DNA of 64,000 nucleotides. Origin: a virus. The number at the start of each line of letters is the position of its first letter. The stretch's first letter is position 1. The DNA lies in UHGV virus genome UHGV-1350217. One strand, given 5' to 3'. Position numbers and translations under genes: made by a program. This document shows positions 57,261-64,000 of this stretch, piece by piece. The notes beneath the pieces were generated by a model that was given only the letters and a program-made list of their open reading frames with translations, ran no database searches and had not been told where the DNA came from.

Positions 57261-60200
57261 ATGTATAATGAAAATGATGAAAATCAACAAGAATATAATA
57301 AGCCTACTTCTAAAGATAAATCTAGCAGTATCTCTTTGATGAATACTCTCTCTGATGCTTTTAAGCAAAATGGAGGGGTACCTCAAGAGCTAGAGAACTC
57401 TACAGTTAGAAACTTCTTTAATACTAATTATGCTCCTATATTCAAGCCAGCTAATCAAGTTAAAGCTGAAAGAGCTACAGAAGTTGTTAAAGATATATTA
57501 CAACGTCAAGGATTTCCTTCTACTCCAGAGGATGATGCAGCAGCTAGAATAGCAGCAGATACCACATATGCTCCTCAATATCAACAACTAGAACTTAATG
57601 AGCAAAGATTAGATTTAATTTCTCAAAAGAATAAGCAAGATTTAGACAATGCAGAGCATATGAATAAACTAAAGCTACTAGATGCTCTAAGTCCTCAAGC
57701 ATTAGCTGATATAGGTTATGGAAGTAAAGGTAGCTACTCTATGTCTCCAGAGGAAAGAGCAGCATATGTTAGAAAAATGACAGCTGACCCTTATAAACAA
57801 GCTATGCAACTAGCTGAAATAAAAGCTACAGATGATAGACTTAAAGCAGCTAGAGGTCTAACTATTATCAATGACTTAAATGATAGGTTTAAAATAGAAC
57901 AACAAAGGGAAGCTCTCAACAGAGATAAAGAGAATCTTACTACTGATTTAGCTTCATTAGCTTCATATAATAACTATATGAAAGAGATTAATCCTGCTTT
58001 CACTTCTACTACCTTTGAGACAGGTAATCCTCTAGAAAAAAATCCTGATTATTCTATTACTGCTAATATTGCAGACCAATGGGGAGAGTTCTATAGAGAT
58101 ACTTTAGGTGTAGGACAACTAGCTAGTGAAGGTGCTAGTGATTTAGCTAAGCTAGCTGTTAGAAAAGCTAAGAACTGGAATAAATCTGTATCTGATATAG
58201 CTACAGAAGTTTTACAAGAGGATTATGAGCTAAATAAACAGAGACAAGCAGGTAAATCTACAGGTCATCCTATAGATGATTTTCTAGCTGGAGCTATTAG
58301 AGGTTCAGGTAAAGCAGCTAAAGACAGAAATGCAGTTAATAGATTTACTATTGATTTAATGAAAGCTGATTATGATGCTTCTGATGGAGCATTATCTACT
58401 GTTAAAAATATAGGAGGAGATTTACTAGGAGCTTCAGGACAATTTATAGCTGGTTCAACTCCTGAAGTACTTAGTGCTTTGGTTCCTGGAGGACTAGTAA
58501 ATAAAGCTACAGAGAAAGCTGCTGCTAAATATGGTGAAAAAGTAGCTATGGAAGCAGCTGGTAAAGATTTAATTAATGCTACTAGAGCTACTACAGAAGC
58601 TCTTGATAAACTTAAATCTACAGCTCCTAAAGCTATGACTGACAAAGTAATTGCTGAAGTTCCTAAGAGAAATGAACTCTTTAAAGCTATGCAAGATAAG
58701 TTTAATCAAGACTTTAGAGCTATTAAAAAGTCTACAGATTTAACTAGAAAAGAGAAACTAGAGAAACTTCAAGCTTTAAGACGTCAAAGAAATGTAGAAC
58801 TTACAAGTACAGAGAATAATAATCTAATCAAAGCCTATGCTAAAGCTACAGATGCTGAGAAAGCAAGAATGCTATCAGCTTATAAAGAGTCTTTAAAAGA
58901 GAATGGCTTTAAAGAAGCTAATGCAGCAGCATTTAGAAGTGAATATGCAGCTAATAAAGCTTTACATACTAATGCTATATCTAAAGTAGAGGAAGCTAAT
59001 AAAAAACTAGCTGATACTATGGAGAAATATCATATAGACCCTACTACTAGAACTATCTCTGATAAAGGTAAAGAACTATTAGGTAAAGAGTTTGCAGCAG
59101 AGTTTCAAGCTAATAGTAAAAGATATAGTCCATTAGCTAATGCCTTTAGAACTCTTACCCCTACTGCTGCAGTAGTCGCTGAAAGAAATGCTAGACAAGC
59201 TATGGCTAATAGATTAGGTATAGATGAAAGAGACTTAGTTCAAGTAGTAGATAGTGGAGACTTTATCTCTAATATGCCACTAGCATATGTCTATTCAGCT
59301 CTAAATACACTAGAGGCTACTAACCTACTAGAAGGAGCTTTTAAAGGAGCAGGACTTAAAGATATATTTAGTACTACTAAGAAGTTCCTTACAGGTGTAG
59401 ACGACACTACTATAGCTGCTACTAAGCAAGCTACTAAAGAAGCAGCTTCTAGGACTATGAAAGAAAGAGCATCTGAACTAGCTACTAGACTCAAAGATAA
59501 GCCATTAAAAGAAGTTAGAGATATAACTACTAAAATGTTTGGTCTAGCTTCTAAGACTTTAAAAAGTACTGCTAAAGTAGCAGGTAAAAGAGGTCTATAT
59601 GGTTTTGCTAATGAAGGAACTGCTGAGTTCTTACAAGAGTATTCAGAGCAATTACAGCAAAATGGCTTTAATCTACAAGAGATATTAAATCCTCAAACAC
59701 TAGAACAAGCTAAAGAAGCAGGATTAATAGGAGGTCTAACTGGAGGAACTACAGGTACTCTAAGTACTGGAAGTCATCTAGTTAGAAATGTCTATGATAA
59801 AGGTATTAAACCTCTAGCTACTTCTCTTAAAGATAAATGGCTAGAGCATAAAGAAGCTAAAGCAGATGAAAAGACTGAAGCTACTAGAACTACAACTAAC
59901 TATGAAGCTTCACATAACAATGATGGTTCTGTTATAGCTAATACTACTAGTCCAGCTAAAGTAATTGAGGATAGTCTAAATACTAATCTAAATAATAATA
60001 CTATTAAGAAAATAGCTTCAGAAGCTCAAATAAGACAAGCTAAGAAAAACCAAGATTTCTTTGATAATGATAAACCTAAGACTAAAGCAGATATAGATAG
60101 ACATACTGATGACTTAATGCAAGAGTATAAATATGCTCCAGAGAAAAGACCAGAAGTAAGAGATGCTGTAGTAAATACTGCTGTATCTAGAAATGCTGTA

Positions 60201-63200
60201 GATTATACTGCTGATGAATTGAAAGATTTAGGAGTTAATGATGAAACTATAGCTAGATATGGTAATATCAATCTACAATTACAAGATACTCTTACTGATA
60301 ATTATAAAGTTTCAGATGTAACTAAAGATTGGAATATACCTACTGAGAAACTTACAGAGATACAAGACTTTATACCTAGTCTAGATAAATTAGATAAAGA
60401 TACTTTCAAAGACCTTACTAATGAACAGAAAGCCTTAGTATTAGATGTATTAAATAATAAAGCTGTAAAAGTTAAACCTGAGAATATCACAGGTAGAGTA
60501 TATACTCCATCATTCTCTACTGATGAGAATCCTATAAAACTTAATGTAGAGCATAAACTTACAGATACTGGAGATTTAGACTTATCAGACTTTGCTGAAA
60601 GAGCTAAGAACTTAAATAAAGCCTTTAATTATAATGCTGATACAAATAAGAAAATTACTAGTACTGATGCCTATTATGGATTAAATGAGTTAAGCTTCTT
60701 ACTTACTAATGCTAATAGTAATAATATAGCTACTAAAGAGGAGGATATCACTTCTGAAAGTAATAACTCACTTCTTAAGTCTTTACATAATATAGGTACA
60801 GCTATAGGTAAAGGAGAAGTAGATAAGCTAGAAGGTAATGATAGACAAGTCTTAGAAGGTTTAAAACAGTTAATTAAAGATGGAGCTATCAAGAATAAAG
60901 AGAATCAAGTAGTTAGTCTAGGTAGTGCAGAGAAACTACTAGATGAAGTAGATAAATATGCTAAAGTAGAACTAGAAAAAACTACTCCTGTTACTGATGA
61001 ATTGTCTACTAATCCTAAGTTTAAAGACCAAGGTTCTCAAGCTATTAATAAAGTCTTTCATTCACAGAATGACTCTTTAGATACAAAAACTTCTGAGTTT
61101 GTTATGACTGCTCTAGGTGTAGCTGATATAGCTCAAGCTAGTAGTGTTAATATCAAAGTTATGAGAAAGAATCAAGCTATTAATATGGAGGATGTATCCT
61201 CTGATATAGCTTCTACTGCTGCTAGAATAGTCAATAAGTTAAATGCTGTTATGCACGATATTATGCTTACTAGAGCTGAGAAAGCTAAGGCTTATAGATA
61301 TCTAATGAGTCAGTTAAAAGAACTTACTGTTAGAGTTAATTCTAAAGTTTCAGCTATTAATTCAGTTCGTAATAAAACAGGTCTATTAGATGACTTAAGA
61401 AAAGACCTAAAAAGAAAGCTAGAAAGCCAATCAGAAAATAAGACTGATGAGCAAATATCCAAAAGTGTAGAGGATATAATTAATGACCAATATATTCTTG
61501 GTACTGAAGGTTTCTCAGCTGTAGTAATAGAGATACCATATAAAAATCCTAAAGGAACTAAATTACTTAATGATCTTAGTCCTGCGGAGTTAAGTAAAAA
61601 TCTAGATTTAAAATTAGTACCTAAAAAGTCTTTCTCATTTAATAAAAGAGAACAAGTTACTACTGAGGATATAAATGCTTATAATAGCAAGTATAGTAAT
61701 GGAGAACAGTATTATCTAATAGCTAAAATAGATAAGAATAATGGAACTATTAGCTTTGACCAATCTGAGGATAACTCTTTAGCTTTACTACAGAATGCTA
61801 TTATTAATGACTCTAATCTATTATCTAAGGCTTTAGAGCTATTCACTGGAGTTAGGGAAGCTTTTAGTAATACTACTCTAGGTACTTTACTAGACCCTAA
61901 AGCTATAGATGAAGGGTATTTATTTAATCTACTAAGACAATATGATACAGCTTCTATTAAGACAGATGAACAGATAGAAGTTTTAAAAAATAACTATAAG
62001 AAATTACTAGAAAGTGATACAGCTACTCAAGAGGAAAAAGATAATGCTCTAAAAGATTTGTCTTTATATGTTGTACCTATTAAAGATAATCAAGGTAATA
62101 TAGTAAAAGATCAATATAGACGAATTACTAAAGCTGATGTTAATAAGAACATTCAAGCCTTTATGAATAACTCTATTCAAAGTATGGCTTTATCTCAAAA
62201 GAGAATGTTAGCATTAAGGACTATATTAAAGAATCCTGTTCCAGCAGTAGCTGATAGATTTAAATCTCTTATTCCTGAATTAGCTGATATGCAAGTACTA
62301 GATAGCCCTTCTATTATAGTTAAATTAAGAGATATCTATGAATGGTATAAAAGAGACTTTGAAATAGCTAAAGCTCAAATGGCTTATTTACTATCAGACA
62401 ATCCTGATGAGATAGCTAGACTAATGCTAGCTATGAAATATATAGAGCAAGAGACTGTAAGAAAAGAACTTGGTAGATTAAGCCAAAGTGAGTTTAATAA
62501 AGTTCGTATGCAGGGATACTCTCAATGGTCTGATAAGTTTAAAGTAATGCTTAGAAACTTCTATGGCTTTAATAAGAGCATAGAATATACAGAACAGCAA
62601 TTTAATTCTAAACTAGAGGAAGTAAATAAAACAAGAGAAGCTAGAGATTTGCCTAAAATAACTCTAGAGGAAATAGAGACTATGACTAAGCCTCTATTAA
62701 ATGATTTCTCCCCAGTTAGCATTATAAGCAATATGCAATCTCTTATGTCTATAGCAGCTTCTAAAGAGTTAGCTAAAGGATTTAAACTAAGTAATAACTC
62801 ACTTATGGATTTACTAGATGACTCTAAGTTAGACCTAAACAAATCAGATACTCTAGACTTTGATAGAAATCTCATAGGCTATGCTTATGATTTTAACCCT
62901 CTAGAAGCTAAAGGCTTTAAGTATTTTACTAATGGAAAGAATACTTCTATAGATTCTCTTAAACTAGGAGAATTGACATATAGTAATTTTAAAGATAGAT
63001 TGAATGCTTCCCTTATTAATAATGTTAAAAACTTTGAAAAGATGCCTAAAGGTCTATTTAATGATGTCTTTATATTCAATAAGGATGGCTCTATAAATAG
63101 TGTTAAAGAACCTTATACTAGAGCTATGTTTATGAGTCTAATGGAAACTATGACTAAAGGTGTTAATCCATCTCCTATTACTCTAGGTTCAGCTGAGACA

Positions 63201-64000
63201 CTAGCTTCTAAAATAGCTAAGTATAAAGCAAACTCTACTGTTTCAGCTGCATATCAAGCTCTAAGAACTACTGATAATATCATTAATATCTTAGGACTTA
63301 CTCCTAATAATCATAGGACTATTAGTGAACTTACAGCTATTAGAAGTCAATTAGCTATGTTTAATGAGTCTCTTATGGAAGGAATGCTATCTGGTCTAAA
63401 TAAATTAGGTATAGAATGGGATGGAGGTAAAAGTGTCTATAAATTAAATGAAAAAGCACGTAAAGATACAGAAGCTCAAGTAGATAAGCTTATAAGAGAG
63501 CAAGTATTTGAAAGTAAAGTACAAGGAGTAAATTACTTCTCTGATGCTATCTTAAAGACTCAGTTCAATATAAATCACGCTCCATTAAAAGAATATGCTG
63601 CTAGAGACCAGCAAGAAGCTATAGTAGCTAATGCTTTAGCGCCTAGATACTTTGATAAAGATAGAATGGAACAATCTATAAAAATCTGGAAAGACCCTAA
63701 TCTATTCTTTAACGAATTAAAACAAGACTTAGGTGATGACTTAATAGCTATAGGTCAAGATTATAATGATATAAAAGAGAAATTAGACCAATTTAGAGAA
63801 TTAGCAGGTATAACTGATAAGAACTGGACTAATAAAGTAATTGTACTAATACCTAAAAGAGAGTTCTCTACAGATAATCCTGCTCTAGCTCTATACAAAG
63901 ATGAGGTATTACCTAAAATACTCAATACTATTGAGGATTACAGACAAGTATTAGTAAAGTTTAATTCAGATAGTGTTCAAGAGAACTTACCTGAATATAC
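57261..64000 (+). CDS. 5' portion (2246 codons, still open at the window end) of a giant ORF. Giant virion protein, N4-like vRNAP candidate.
   Basis: ATG at 57261 with an AAGGA Shine-Dalgarno. Translated by hand to the window end without stops. Not in the ORF track because it has no stop. Its position after the virion-protein run mirrors the N4 gp51-gp50 order. A K..K x7 YGF segment at about 59560-59610 loosely resembles RNAP motif B but is not conclusive. Confidence 0.6.
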   Translation, partial: MYNENDENQQEYNKPTSKDKSSSISLMNTLSDAFKQNGGVPQELENSTVRNFFNTNYAPIFKPANQVKAERATEVVKDILQRQGFPSTPEDDAAARIAADTTYAPQYQQLELNEQRLDLISQKNKQDLDNAEHMNKLKLLDALSPQALADIGYGSKGSYSMSPEERAAYVRKMTADPYKQAMQLAEIKATDDRLKAARGLTIINDLNDRFKIEQQREALNRDKENLTTDLASLASYNNYMKEINPAFTSTTFETGNPLEKNPDYSITANIADQWGEFYRDTLGVGQLASEGASDLAKLAVRKAKNWNKSVSDIATEVLQEDYELNKQRQAGKSTGHPIDDFLAGAIRGSGKAAKDRNAVNRFTIDLMKADYDASDGALSTVKNIGGDLLGASGQFIAGSTPEVLSALVPGGLVNKATEKAAAKYGEKVAMEAAGKDLINATRATTEALDKLKSTAPKAMTDKVIAEVPKRNELFKAMQDKFNQDFRAIKKSTDLTRKEKLEKLQALRRQRNVELTSTENNNLIKAYAKATDAEKARMLSAYKESLKENGFKEANAAAFRSEYAANKALHTNAISKVEEANKKLADTMEKYHIDPTTRTISDKGKELLGKEFAAEFQANSKRYSPLANAFRTLTPTAAVVAERNARQAMANRLGIDERDLVQVVDSGDFISNMPLAYVYSALNTLEATNLLEGAFKGAGLKDIFSTTKKFLTGVDDTTIAATKQATKEAASRTMKERASELATRLKDKPLKEVRDITTKMFGLASKTLKSTAKVAGKRGLYGFANEGTAEFLQEYSEQLQQNGFNLQEILNPQTLEQAKEAGLIGGLTGGTTGTLSTGSHLVRNVYDKGIKPLATSLKDKWLEHKEAKADEKTEATRTTTNYEASHNNDGSVIANTTSPAKVIEDSLNTNLNNNTIKKIASEAQIRQAKKNQDFFDNDKPKTKADIDRHTDDLMQEYKYAPEKRPEVRDAVVNTAVSRNAVDYTADELKDLGVNDETIARYGNINLQLQDTLTDNYKVSDVTKDWNIPTEKLTEIQDFIPSLDKLDKDTFKDLTNEQKALVLDVLNNKAVKVKPENITGRVYTPSFSTDENPIKLNVEHKLTDTGDLDLSDFAERAKNLNKAFNYNADTNKKITSTDAYYGLNELSFLLTNANSNNIATKEEDITSESNNSLLKSLHNIGTAIGKGEVDKLEGNDRQVLEGLKQLIKDGAIKNKENQVVSLGSAEKLLDEVDKYAKVELEKTTPVTDELSTNPKFKDQGSQAINKVFHSQNDSLDTKTSEFVMTALGVADIAQASSVNIKVMRKNQAINMEDVSSDIASTAARIVNKLNAVMHDIMLTRAEKAKAYRYLMSQLKELTVRVNSKVSAINSVRNKTGLLDDLRKDLKRKLESQSENKTDEQISKSVEDIINDQYILGTEGFSAVVIEIPYKNPKGTKLLNDLSPAELSKNLDLKLVPKKSFSFNKREQVTTEDINAYNSKYSNGEQYYLIAKIDKNNGTISFDQSEDNSLALLQNAIINDSNLLSKALELFTGVREAFSNTTLGTLLDPKAIDEGYLFNLLRQYDTASIKTDEQIEVLKNNYKKLLESDTATQEEKDNALKDLSLYVVPIKDNQGNIVKDQYRRITKADVNKNIQAFMNNSIQSMALSQKRMLALRTILKNPVPAVADRFKSLIPELADMQVLDSPSIIVKLRDIYEWYKRDFEIAKAQMAYLLSDNPDEIARLMLAMKYIEQETVRKELGRLSQSEFNKVRMQGYSQWSDKFKVMLRNFYGFNKSIEYTEQQFNSKLEEVNKTREARDLPKITLEEIETMTKPLLNDFSPVSIISNMQSLMSIAASKELAKGFKLSNNSLMDLLDDSKLDLNKSDTLDFDRNLIGYAYDFNPLEAKGFKYFTNGKNTSIDSLKLGELTYSNFKDRLNASLINNVKNFEKMPKGLFNDVFIFNKDGSINSVKEPYTRAMFMSLMETMTKGVNPSPITLGSAETLASKIAKYKANSTVSAAYQALRTTDNIINILGLTPNNHRTISELTAIRSQLAMFNESLMEGMLSGLNKLGIEWDGGKSVYKLNEKARKDTEAQVDKLIREQVFESKVQGVNYFSDAILKTQFNINHAPLKEYAARDQQEAIVANALAPRYFDKDRMEQSIKIWKDPNLFFNELKQDLGDDLIAIGQDYNDIKEKLDQFRELAGITDKNWTNKVIVLIPKREFSTDNPALALYKDEVLPKILNTIEDYRQVLVKFNSDSVQENLPEY

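Noticed and set aside
59560-59610. K..K x7 YGF segment in the giant ORF as RNAP motif B
   Set aside because: A lone loose match (K instead of R, no flanking motif A or C recognisable by eye) is insufficient. The vRNAP call rests on size and synteny only.
1-64000. CRISPR arrays, tRNA/tmRNA genes, integrase/repressor (lysogeny) genes, transposases
   Set aside because: No regularly spaced direct repeats, no tRNA-like GTTC-loop/acceptor structures in intergenic regions, and no tyrosine/serine recombinase or HTH-repressor signatures were seen. The element looks strictly lytic.

Overview
This window is an AT-rich (roughly 30% GC), densely coded double-stranded DNA phage genome, or most of one. No integrase, repressor, CRISPR array, rRNA or tRNA is recognisable.

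The genes form two blocks that diverge from a roughly 700-bp intergenic switch region at about 32772-33468.

(1) Minus-strand early/middle/replication block, 32771 down to 4081:
- small early proteins, including a very acidic one;
- a compact 620-aa T7-like single-subunit RNA polymerase;
- a family-A (T7 gp5-like) DNA polymerase split into two ORFs by a 254-nt spacer;
- a ThiF/E1-like protein, a RuvC-like resolvase and a dCMP deaminase;
- three tandem paralogues and a Q-rich lipoprotein;
- a primase-like protein, a Dda-like SF1B helicase, a PD-(D/E)XK exonuclease, an AAA_24-like ATPase and an HU-like protein.

(2) Plus-strand late block, 33469 to the window end:
- large terminase;
- coiled-coil tail fibres;
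- a lysis cassette with two overlapping inner/outer-membrane spanin-like pairs;
- T7-like portal, scaffold and a 400-aa major capsid candidate;
- several virion proteins, including a 1228-aa membrane-anchored protein, a 16-kDa G/A/N/Q-rich protein and a 949-aa CHAP-peptidase protein;
- a giant ORF that starts at 57261 and is still open at the window end.

The window also begins inside a large plus-strand ORF (open from nt 2, ending 3928) whose frame is continuous with the ORF at the end. The two may be one gene of about 3,550 aa if the window is a circularly permuted genome. Gene order and sizes suggest an N4-like (Schitoviridae-like) podovirus whose giant ORF is a virion RNA polymerase candidate. 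That is inference, not a motif match.

Two limits on what I can see. The supplied ORF track uses GTG/TTG starts, so several true starts lie downstream of the listed ones (corrected where checked). My hand reading of homopolymer runs can be off by about 1 nt, so small-motif coordinates are approximate.
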